A DNA stretch of 63,279 nt, filler included, from Octopus bimaculoides (taxonomy: Eukaryota), in the NCBI RefSeq assembly GCF_001194135.2. It is 6 parts of 6 records of this genome, joined end to end, with 100 filler letters (N's around TTAATTAATTAA, not from the genome) between each part and the next. Parts side by side here need not be neighbours in the genome. Positions count along the whole stretch, not along the records: positions 40,684 to 50,934 come from NC_068991.1; positions 51,035 to 61,680 come from NC_068986.1; 4 more parts are not named here. One strand, written 5' to 3'. The notes under the pieces are model-generated. The model ran no database searches and was not told where the DNA came from. It saw nothing but the letters and a program-made list of their open reading frames with translations. Each line of letters begins with the position of its first letter. Position 1 is the first letter of the stretch. Shown piece after piece: positions 47,368 through 58,410 of this stretch. A program made the translations under genes and the position numbers.

Positions 47368-50300
47368 GGCCACAGTTGGCCTTCCCTATTTTCTTCTTAA
47401 TCCTTTCAATGGTGTTCCATGATTTGCTCCTATAGAGTGGACAAATCCCAATCCTATCGTTACGTTTGATTGTTTCAAATTTCTTCATAGCTCCTTTGTA
47501 TACCCTGATCCTTTCTTTATGGCTGTAACCTGAGAACTGCATGTGGTGAACGAAATGTTGTATATGTCTCTTNNNNNNNNNNNNNNNNNNNNNNNNNNNN
47601 NNNNNNNNNNNNNNNNNNNNNNNNNNNNNNNNNNNNNNNNNNNNNNNNNNNNNNNNNNNNNNNNNNNNNNNNNNNNNNNNNNNNNNNNNNNNNNNNNNNN
47701 NNNNNNNNNNNNNNNNNNNNNNNNNNNNNNNNNNNNNNNNNNNNNNNNNNNNNNNNNNNNNNNNNNNNNNNNNNNNNNNNNNNNNNNNNNNNNNNNNNNN
47801 NNNNNNNNNNNNNNNNNNNNNNNNNNNNNNNNNNNNNNNNNNNNNNNNNNNNNNNNNNNNNNNNNNNNNNNNNNNNNNNNNNNNNNNNNNNNNNNNNNNN
47901 NNNNNNNNNNNNNNNNNNNNNNNNNNNNNNNNNNNNNNNNNNNNNNNNNNNNNNNNNNNNNNNNNNNNNNNNNNNNNNNNNNNNNNNNNNNNNNNNNNNN
48001 NNNNNNNNNNNNNNNNNNNNNNNNNNNNNNNNNNNNNNNNNNNNNNNNNNNNNNNNNNNNNNNNNNNNNNNNNNNNNNNNNNNNNNNNNNNNNNNNNNNN
48101 NNNNNNNNNNNNNNNNNNNNNNNNNNNNNNNNNNNNNNNNNNNNNNNNNNNNNNNNNNNNNNNNNNNNNNNNNNNNNNNNNNNNNNNNNNNNNNNNNNNN
48201 NNNNNNNNNNNNNNNNNNNNNNNNNNNNNNAGGGTAACCTTTATACTAGCTCCTAGTGCATGTGCGATCATTTTCTTTACCTGATGAATATTAGTGGGGG
48301 TCCGTATGGCTCTAGTCCATCCACTCCATCTCTCTATAGGGGCCTTCCTAGCCATAGAGGTAATTGTGGGTGGTCTGCCTCTTAAACGTCTACTAGGGCA
48401 GAAATCTCGAATTTCGTATTTATCTAGATATACATCGTCATATGTCAATCTAAGTAGGAGGCCCAGTTCTTCTGTGTTGACATTGCGGAACTCTACTTCG
48501 CTCTCATTGATTATCTCCACGCACTTTTCCACCGCAAAATCCACGTNNNNNNNNNNCTCTCATTGATTATCTCCACGCACTTTTCCACCGCAAAATCCAC
48601 GTCGATAGATGGGTATAGTGATACCACATCCATGCTACCCACTATACACCCTGTCAGGTTGCAGGTGTTGTTACAGTCGTTGATCCTGCTGAGATCTTCC
48701 GTGCTGTCACATACATCAGGTGACATCCGGATTATGGGGCGTATGATCATTGAGAGGAAGTAGGAAATCCTGTAGTTACTAGCAACATTCGCTCCACATT
48801 GATCTTGTTGGTGGTCCCACTACAGGATTAGTAGTTACTTTGTGGTCCTTACGAAGCCCATACAGCGTTGGAATATCGTTGTTCCAGGCTTGGAAATTGT
48901 TGGCTGTGTGCTTCTGGGGTCCAAGAACAATTGTCCACATCATCATGTGGCCGTTGAGGACCTTTTCTCTCTCCTCATGCGCCTGTAAAGTTGTTACCTT
49001 CATATTGGCGATGTGAGGTTGCATTGCCTGGATATAGTTTGGTAAGCTGTCTATTGACATCCTGCCAGACTTATCTGTGGGAAGGCATATCACTTCTTTG
49101 TTCCTCGTGCGCTGCATGAGTTTGTGTAGGCCACATGTGGGTATATTCCCAAGTTGTTGGGCCTCTGTCTCTTAGTGTATAATTCTAAAATCTGTCTAAG
49201 TTTTGTCCTAGCTATAGTGAATTGTGCTTCCATGTGGTCATAAGTATGTTTAGGGATGCAGACTCTTTTGTTAAAGGGTAATGTTGCTGGGTATATCTGG
49301 CTCATATTATAAGATTTGTCACATATGTTGAAGAATTGAGTGTCAAGGAGGTTGGTATTCATGTTGTTGGCCCCTCTGGGGTTATCTTCTTCATAACTAC
49401 TACTACTATCACTGTCGTTACTGCTACCACCATTCACCCCGCTATTACTACCACTACTATTGTCACTATTATTACCACCACCACTATTATTACTATCACC
49501 ACCACCACCACCACTACTATTACTATCACCACCACCGTCACCAATGCTGTCATTACTACTACCACCACCACCACCATCATCACCACTATCACTATTGTTA
49601 CCATCACACCTAGTGTTTTCTGTTTTAAGTCAACTGACTCCCTGTCCAAGTATTCTGTTGCATTCAACTTTATTCTCCCTCTTGACCCCCGTGTTCTTGT
49701 GCTTATGGTTATCAGTGTGTGTGTCTGTGTGTCCGTTCCCCCTGTTATTGTTGTTGTATTCGATTTTATCTCTGTTATTGTTTTTGTATCTATTGCTTGA
49801 CCTCATGTGTTCATTTTTGCTGTTGGTGTTCGTGGGGTTGCAGTTGTTTTTGTTGCTGCAGTCACTATTGATTGTGTTGTTGCTGTTGCTGATTGTTTTC
49901 ATCCATGTTGTTGTTGCTCGTGTTGTTGCTGTTGTTGTTGTTGTACATGTTTAAATTCCAACGTATTTTTGTGAACGACTTTTCGATTTCGGAGAGGCAT
50001 TGGATGGTATTTACCTTGTGATATATTGCATATTTCGGTGGTAGTTGAATTAGCGATTTTTCATCTGGGTCTGTTGTTATTCCCCCATAGATGTTGGCTT
50101 CATTGTCTCTGTTAAACTCTGCTGGTAGAGGGACATCTGTCATAACAATTCCGTTTATTGTTTCTGGGTATCCCTCTTTCTCTTCTTTTGCGAGTTTATA
50201 TTGTTGTTCACATTTTAACCACGAGATTTTCTTTCTAAAGTGTATATTGCACTGGTGTATAATATATGTATTCTCTGCGTGTATTATATTCATAAGTGTG

Positions 50301-50771
50301 GTTCTCTCTGTTTGTGTGGTGATGTCACTAATTTCTTTTAATAAAATGCGTCTACGCTTATTTTGTTGGCTGAGTTCCTTATATATTTTATTCTTAATAT
50401 TCACCATTAGCGTCCGTTTCAGCCTTTCAGCTTGACCCTTGGTGAGTTCTAGTTTTTCTACGCTGGATGTGACCCTGCTGGTGTATAATTTGGAGGAGAC
50501 ACAGTTTAACAAAATGAAGCTGTTGAGTCGTCACGGTTTTCCGTAGGCAACTGAATACAGTGTCTTTCAGTATCTTGCTAACCTGGCTAGGGCTCACGTT
50601 GTTCCGTTTATATATTTGCTTTATAAGATTTTTGATGTGAAATCGTGTGTTGAAACAGATGTTGTACTTGGGGATGTTCATATTGCCAGTTTAGCCAATA
50701 AAAACACACGCACTGTATATTTGGTGTTAATTTGCTTCAGCTTTATATTACATTAATCCTATTTCGGCCAG
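47368..50771 (-). mobile_element. PLE-2: decayed Penelope-like element with N-terminal domain and RT carrying a long insertion in fingers; 3'-truncated, no endonuclease seen
   Basis: ATG at 50681; QQLHFVKLC; IYGGITTDPDEKSLIQLPPKYAIY...EIEKSFTKIRW; VICLPTDKSGRMSI; PTLYGLRKDHK; GPPTR.CGA; IVGSMDVVSLYPSID; after the gap MQFSGYSHKERIRVYKGA...PLYRSKSW; several frameshifts. Confidence 0.85.
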
Positions 50772-50920
50772 AATGTAATATAAAGCTGAAGCAAATTAAC
50801 ACCAAATATACAGTGCGTGTGTTTTTATTGGCTAAACTGGCAATATGAACATCCCCAAGTACAACAACATCTGTTTCAACACACGATTTCGCATCAAAAA
50901 TCTTGCAAAACAAATATATA
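50609..50920. repeat. ~145-bp imperfect inverted repeat at the 5' end of PLE-2
   Basis: Left arm 50609-50754, 17-nt loop, right arm 50772-50920; the arms differ by substitutions and a 3-nt indel. Confidence 0.9.
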
Positions 50921-51289
50921 TATATATATATATANNNNNNNNNNNNNNNNNNNNNNNNNNNNNNNNNNNNNNNNNNNNTTAATTAATTAANNNNNNNNNN
51001 NNNNNNNNNNNNNNNNNNNNNNNNNNNNNNNNNNTGGAGTTGTATGACCTAGGATAACCAAAAAAAAACAAAAAAAAGAAATGAAAAAAGAAAATATATC
51101 ACAGCTCCATCTAACCAGTTCAACACTGGGATGCTACTGGAAAAGATGATTGTGCTAATCAGGTGTATGAAATAGAAAACTTTTCTTCAGCCATACTTTT
51201 CATAACAGGCGTTTTGATGAGCACCGGGTTCTCCCCTAACTCGTGTGGAAAACTGATTAGTAAAGTTGACAGGAATGGTTCTCTAATAC

Positions 51290-51620
51290 TGTATTAGACC
51301 TCCTTCGGTCACGAATGACCATGGGATTGCGCCTAGAAAGTTACCCTCCGAGGCACAAGTCTGGGCAAGGTTGTTTATGGAAGACAGCAGTCGCCCATGC
51401 ATACTAGCCTCCCTTCTCCATGTCACTGATGTTATCCACGGGAAAGGCAAAGGCCGACACAGCTTGGCACCAGCGACGTTGCAACTCATTTCTACAGCTG
51501 AGTACACTGGAGCAACGTGAAATAAAGTGTCTTGAAATAAAGTGTCAGGAACACAACACGCAGACCGGCCTGGGATTCGATCTCACAACCTCACGGTCGT
51601 AAGTTCGACGATCTAACCAC
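51290..51620 (-). mobile_element. SINE family C, near full length
   Basis: ATGACCATGGGATTGCGCCTAGAAAG...GGGATTCGATCTCACAACCTCACGGTCGTAAG; tRNA-like head at the right end; homologous to 28700-28918. Confidence 0.85.
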
Positions 51621-52035
51621 CATGTCTGCTGTATTTTGGGGATATTCTTTTGCTTGTAAAATTACGTTTCAGCTGATGGTTATGGTTTTTGTAATGAAGT
51701 AATGTTCTCATTCTTCTGTTAAAATGTTGCGTAAGAAACAGCTGTAATGAGATTACAATTATCCATCGTCTATTATTATTCAGTTGATTATAATACATCA
51801 AGGAGACTTACGACTTGTCGGACACCCTAGAGTATACCAACAACGTACTATTCAAAGTAAAGTGTGGTTTGGACCAGCCACTAGGCGCTGAATACTCATA
51901 GGGTTGGTTTTCTCTGAGTACACAAGCGGAATATCCTATTTGTTACTTACCAACTATAGGCCGGAACCACAGGTTTATCCAACTCTGCCTGCTGCATATC
52001 TTTTCAAGTACTTGATTTTATCAGAACCCTTATTT

Positions 52036-52070
<35 letters not shown>

Positions 52071-52669
52071 TGAGAAAGTTGGTATGTGAAAGCACGTGGT
52101 TGGATGTATAAAAGATAATAAGAGTGAAAAAACTACAGAAGGCTTGTGTTACATGGTTAAAGTATATATTTAAATTATGTCAGAAAAATGTTAGAAAAAT
52201 GTTATAAAAATGTTATACCAAAAAGATTTTCTAACATTTTTCTAACATTTTTCTGACATAATTTAAATATATACTTTAACCATGTAACACAANNNNNNNN
52301 NNNNNNNNNNNNNNNNNNNNNNNNNNNNNNNNNNNNNNNNNNNNNNNNNNNNNNNNNNNNNNNNNNNNNNNNNNNNNNNNNNNNNNNNNNNNNNNNNNNN
52401 NNNNNNNNNNNNNNNNNNNNNNNNNNNNNNNNNNNNNNNNNNNNNNNNNNNNNNNNNNNNNNNNNNNNNNNNNNNNNNNNNNNNNNNNNNNNNNNNNNNN
52501 NNNNNNNNNNNNNNNNNNNNNNNNNNNNNNNNNNNNNNNNNNNNNNNNNNNNNNNNNNNNNNNNNNNNNNNNNNNNNNNNNNNNNNNNNNNATAGGTGTA
52601 AGTATATATATATGTATATATATATGCACACACACATACATACATATATATATATATATACACATAGAC

Positions 52670-52703
<34 letters not shown>

Positions 52704-52934
52704 TGCGTGTGTTATGGGCACCAAAGAGTGTGGCGGAGGAAGAAGAGAAAATTCTGAAATGACGGAGAACAATTCTCAACTGGCAGCCTTCGCTGAAGTT
52801 CTGACATAAAAATATGGTGCATGCTGCAGACCATCTGCATCCATGTTTCATGAAGGCTTTGCCCAATGACATTTGCTATTTCAAAAAAGAAAATAAGAAA
52901 GAAAGGAAAAAGAAGGTAAAGAAACGTAAACCGT

Positions 52935-53250
52935 TGCTGCCTGCGGCTGTTTCCTATGAGACAAGGTTAATGTCGGTTGTCATGCTTGCACACATCATCG
53001 CATCGGAGGTTCGGGCAGTCTGTCTCTTGATCCACATTGCATGTCCCTTGGAATACGACCGTCATCCATGTCTATTGTGCGGACATGTCAAAGCCACGGA
53101 GACAGTTTTTGGTAGAAGAAACGCACCTACCGGGTACGTTTGCTGTCATAAATATGTCAGTGTTGCAGATCCTATCCTCCGATTTGATCGAAGAATTCTG
53201 ATTAGATACCTCATATAGAACACAGGAAGTTTGTATTCATGCGAAGAATA
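52935..53250 (-). pseudogene. Decayed RTE-clade LINE, ORF C-terminal remnant
   Basis: YSSHEYKLPVFYMRYLIRIL / IKSEDRICNTDIF / LRWL*HVR / MDDGRIPRD / DVCKHD / S*ETAA follow the RTE C-terminal motif order. Confidence 0.7.
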
Positions 53251-53420
53251 TATTATCGACGATTCGTTATCACTTACAAATATGCAATGAACACAGGTCT
53301 TGAACAGCTCGATCATGATACATGATCTGAGCTGTTTATTCTTTTATACTTTCTTTGTAAGTTTTGAGACAGATGAGCTTCTTGAGTTCTGCGTATCGGA
53401 TAGGATCACTTGTAGCAATG

Positions 53421-53806
53421 GACCTAAGGTTCTTAAACTCATTTACGACTTTCAGTTTTTGATCCAAATCACTTACTCTCAATTATTTTTTTTTTACTAT
53501 GGACCCCTTTGGTTCCTATATTACTGTACCGGACCCCCATAGCCATTCGATGTTTAAAAAAAGAAATCCTTTTATATTTTCATAATTAAATATTATTAGG
53601 AATAATATTTGAAAATGTTTAAATGTTTCGTGTATTTTAGGAGTATAACCAATTTATTGCATCTAAACTTTAACAACAAAATCTTATATGGATCCCCGAA
53701 GGTCATATGAATCTCTATGGGTCATTTTGATTATTAATGGTCATATTGACGCCCAAAGGGTTTTATGGACCCCTAAGGGTCATATGGACCCTGAACGAGA
53801 ACCGCT
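53421..53806. mobile_element. Possible old hAT-like MITE
   Basis: Repeated ATGGACCC subterminal motifs and an end GGACCCTGAACGAGAACCGCTG resembling hAT termini. Confidence 0.35.
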
Positions 53807-56800
53807 GATATAAATGCAGATATAAAATTATATGTATGTATAGTTTTAGCATTCTGTGTGTGTGCGTGCGCGCCTATGCCTGTGTTTCGAGTGTAATACT
53901 GTCTCACGTGTAAAAATACTTTGGGTGGTACCTTTAAACAACATATCGGAGTAATGTGGAGCCAGACTAAAGAATCTATTGCTAACTTGGTTGAATATAA
54001 GAAATCGTAGTAATGTCCCCTTAATTCAATTAGTCAAATCACCCATTGATGGATGATTCTGATTAAAGATGGTCGAGCAGAATAGTTTAAATATATTTGG
54101 CTTTTCTGTCAATTTTACACAAGGGAAAAACAAATAGTTGACCAATTTTTAATTAAGGCGACAAAACAACAGCAAAAAGAACAATTTAGTAACAAATCTG
54201 AATATAGTTCGATACTGAATAATGTAACTTAAAACTGCGAAAACCATACAATCGCCAAAATTCTCCATATTTCGATAGCCAGATTATTAATTACCATCAG
54301 TGTTTGATATATTATTTCTGCGGATATCATCAAAGTTAACAATTATTTCATCATGATTCTTGTATTGACAACGTTACTCTCTTTTTAATTAAATTCACAG
54401 ATTTCCATTGAAAAATTGAACGAAAGTTATGTGTGTAATTATCATCTTTTGTAAACTGAATGTTACCAATAGCTGATATTTTGATTTAATCTCATTGGTT
54501 GGCTTTAATAATTATTTTCCTTTGCTCTCGAAATTATTTCTTTCTTGTAAGGGTTTTAGATATAGTTTCCACTATTGGCTGTATTACACGTATAAATTCA
54601 ATGTTCTGATAAGTTATCAGAAAAATCAGACTTTCAACGACATTTCATATGGTTGGAATAAATTGCATATAAGATTCTTTTATGAAACTCAAATAAATAC
54701 TAACAGTCTTTTAGTCTTCAAACTGACATCGTCATCAAATGTTGAATGTGGAGCATACTACTTGAGACAAACTTGTATCATTTAAGATTTGCTTTGGAAC
54801 TCGATACAAAGAAGATAATAAAAAAAGAAAGTTTTATTGCGCATAACGTTTGAAGACAGAATTAGTTTAATATTCTAAATGCCCCAAATAAAAGATAAAT
54901 ATTCGAATGGCCTCCACAAGTCTACAGACAATTTATCATCAAAGAATAAATTTAATGACTTGTTTTTCACGGTGTCACATTATTTCTTCCTTACTTCAAC
55001 CGCATGCCTCCGTCTGATAATTCCTTCTCGTGTTGTTTATGCTTGTTGTTTAACCCCAGGTCAGCTCGATCAGAGCTGACCAGTTGGCAAAGACGTCTTA
55101 CTTTCAGACAAAATGTACCTAGAACTAACTTAACCTATGTATTCTGTTATTTATTAGTAGAGCGTAATTTTAGTGATATTTGGTTGTTATTTCTTGCATA
55201 TTTAACAACCACGTAGATACTTCATCGTTATACCACAAAGACGAATAGATTGAGTAGCTAAGTTATTAAACTAGTAGATTGCCTGTTTAAATTGACTGCA
55301 GGCGTTTCGTTGTGTTTCTAGAATACTTTATCGTAGTGTTTCATTTCCCTGGCTACCATGAATAAGTACCACATTATTAGTTAAATGGTCAATAGTGCTA
55401 GCTGATCGCCTATTAAATATCTCTGATTCTGAAAGGCCGTGAAGTTTATCGTACAAAGTGTGTCGAATAAATATTTATTGTTATGCATATAAACTAAACA
55501 TTGCACCAAAATTAGCGCTGGCCCTGGTTCTATGCGCTAAAAGTTGAGCCGTAAGAATAATAGTAACATCGAAAACCAAGCAGTAGTTACCAAGTACTCT
55601 TCCATTCAACCAAATAATGGTTACCTTTATCAAACTTTTTTTTCTTTTAGTTTAACATAAGTAAATCTACTTATATAGCAGCATGGTTGCTTAGTCGGTA
55701 AATGATCATTAATTGAAAGCACAAGCAGTATTGCATAATATATAATGTATGAAGTTAGTGTTTAATCTACAGAGATATTTATTTATGATTATCTTGCGGG
55801 AAAAGTTCAGAGAAAAAGCTATATAGGATTTCGTGTAAAATTGATGCATATGGAGTGAAAGTTATATTGCATGTGGAGTTAAAAAAAAAAAATGATTCAT
55901 GAAATACATTCTGTAAAACATAATTTAGTTTTGTCATAAAATGGAAGACATCATAGATAGCAGAAATTTCCCATTGGACCCTATATTGTAGAACATCTAG
56001 CATCACAGAAACATCATGCATATTTGTGTGTTCATGCTGTTTTCATATGTTGCATAGGTATATTTTAATACTGATTCCATTTACAATGATACGCCATAAT
56101 TATATCTAGATTATTTATCAACGGAGAAGAGAAGATGCAATTTATTTATTTATATTTATCTGTGTATGTTTATTCAAATAGTGTTATTTAACCCCAGGTT
56201 AGTTCTTATCGAGCAAACCTAACATCAAAGGCTTTCCTAGAGAGAAGAGCCTGTCTTTTTGTTAATGTAGGACTACACTGTGCAATGTATACTTCTTTAT
56301 TTAAAACGGGATAATAGAATTTTAGAGAAATTCGATCGTTATTTCTAGCTTGTCCTTTCATATTCTGGCAAGAGATTTATAAAAAAAAAAAACTATTTTA
56401 CCCTGTGAGGTCTAACTGCAATTAAATCGAGAGCTAAAAGAAAATAACAGATGTTGCTGCTTAGAATGTGGTACACAAGAATATATATAGACCAAGCTTT
56501 CAGAGACACGACTGTAAGATAACACGAATTCTTGCTATTTCGTATGAATTTCAGATGTTGTTGTTGTTATCATTGTTGCTAGCCTCAGGTCAGACCTGAT
56601 AGAGTAGACAGACGTGCGTTTGAAAAGCATTCAATCTGCGACCATATCGTCTTTTCTTGCTTGACATTATCCAATGTGTCTTTTTATGAAACAGTAAGTA
56701 ATGAGCAATTTGAGGGAAATTTGGCTGCTATTTCAAGGAAGGTGGATCGACCAAATAAAGACACTTCTCATAAACTGATGATTACAACGCCAGTTGGTTT

Positions 56801-56869
56801 GATAATTTTTGGCGAGGTGTTAGTCATCAATAGCAACAGCGACAATAAAAATACATTACAGTCCATAAT

Positions 56870-57085
56870 AAGGATTTCTACCATAGGTACAAGGTTTGAA
56901 ATTTTAGGGGAGAGGGTAAGTCGATTACATCGACCCCAGTTTTCAACTGGTACATATTTTATCAACCCTGAAAAGACGAAAGGTAAATTCGACCTGGGCA
57001 TAATTTCAAATCAGAACGTAAAGCCGGAAGGAATGTCGCTAAGCATTTTGCCCGGAGTACTAACAATTCTGCCAGCACGCCACTT
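56870..57085 (-). mobile_element. SINE family B (diverged)
   Basis: Reverse complement of the family head, body and tail. Confidence 0.85.
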
Positions 57086-57472
57086 AACACTGAACAGTTC
57101 ATAATAATGCTTTCTATTATTGAAATAAGTTTACGGAGAGGAGTAGAGAGAGAGTCAATTTTACTGAGTTCAGTACATGACTAGCCTTTATTTTGAGGGA
57201 CTCTGCTTGAAACTGCAAGAAATAGCATGCAAATGTTTTTAAATCACACCCTGCTATCTTAAAAACAAAATCTATTCTTATTTATAGGTGTGCAGTGTTA
57301 TTAAGTAGTGTACAAAAAATTCAGTCAGCCGTCAGTCACGAGCGAGTATGGTTTGGCAACTCTAAACTCACTTTCGCTAATTACTTTAGGTGCCTATGTA
57401 GTCGTTGCAGACATAGACACTTCTCGGCCACCTCACCCTTGACCTTGAAGTAAATTCAGGATGTGATAACTA

Positions 57473-57543
57473 AAGAAGAAGAAGAAGAAGAAGAAGAAGA
57501 AGAAGAAGAAGAAGAAGAAGAAGAAGAAGAAGAAGAAGAAGAA
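57473..57543. repeat. (GAA)n microsatellite
   Basis: Direct reading. Confidence 0.95.
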
Positions 57544-57994
57544 AGAAGGAGAGAGAGAAAGATAGAGTGAGAAAGAGAGAGATAGATGCATCAATGCCAT
57601 GTTTGTACGCATTTTCGGCTGAGTATCTTGAAGCAACTTGAAATGAAGTGCCTTACTGAAGGACACGATGCGCAGTACTTGCAAGAATTGAACCTACGAC
57701 CCGATCGTGAGTTAAATATGTACAATTACTTATTTATCTCTTAAGGCATCTTTTTCAACGCTCTACCATTTCAGTCACACACTGCCCTTTTCACGGTGGC
57801 AGCTACTAACATTCAGATGGAAAAATCTGAAATGTTGCCAGATTTTGATAGACAGGTTTCTAATTACAAAGCTTTAATACAAAGTAGAAGCTTCTTATTG
57901 TGATAACATTGGGATGAATTATTTCAATAACAATAACCGGGCAATAAGCAGAGGATGTAACAATAACGTTTTTGTGATCTACTAGTTATTTTTC

Positions 57995-58410
57995 TTTTTA
58001 CTATTGGCACATGGTCTGAAATTTTGAAGAAGGGAGCTAGTCGATTACACGACCTCCGTGCTCAGCTAGTACTTATTTTATTGACCCCCAAAAGGATTAA
58101 AAACAATGCCGACCTCCGCAGCATTTGAACTCAGAGTGTAAAGCCGGAAGAAATGCTGCTTAACATTCTGTCCAGCGTGCTTACGATTCTACCAGCTCGT
58201 CGCCTTGCGACCAGGTTTCTAATATTGGCACAAGGCTAAGTCGATTACATGAACCAAAGTGCTCAACTTGTACTTATTTTATCGACTCCGAGAGAATGAA
58301 AGGCAAAGTCGACCTCGCCAGAATTTGAACTCGGAGCGTAAAGCCAGAAAAAAAATGCCGCTTAACATTTTGTTCAGTGTGCTAACGATTCTACCAGCTC
58401 GTCTACTTGA
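57995..58410 (-). mobile_element. Two adjacent diverged SINE-B copies
   Basis: Two successive units, each ending in ACGATTCTACCAGCTCGTC on the plus strand. Confidence 0.8.

Noticed and set aside
48501-48602. 46-bp direct repeat around a 10-N gap in PLE-2
   Set aside because: Contig-overlap artefact; removing one copy restores the RT frame.
52144-52292. Perfect 61-bp inverted repeat ending at a gap
   Set aside because: No divergence and it ends exactly at a contig end; consistent with a fold-back or chimeric read. It would need long reads to be believed.
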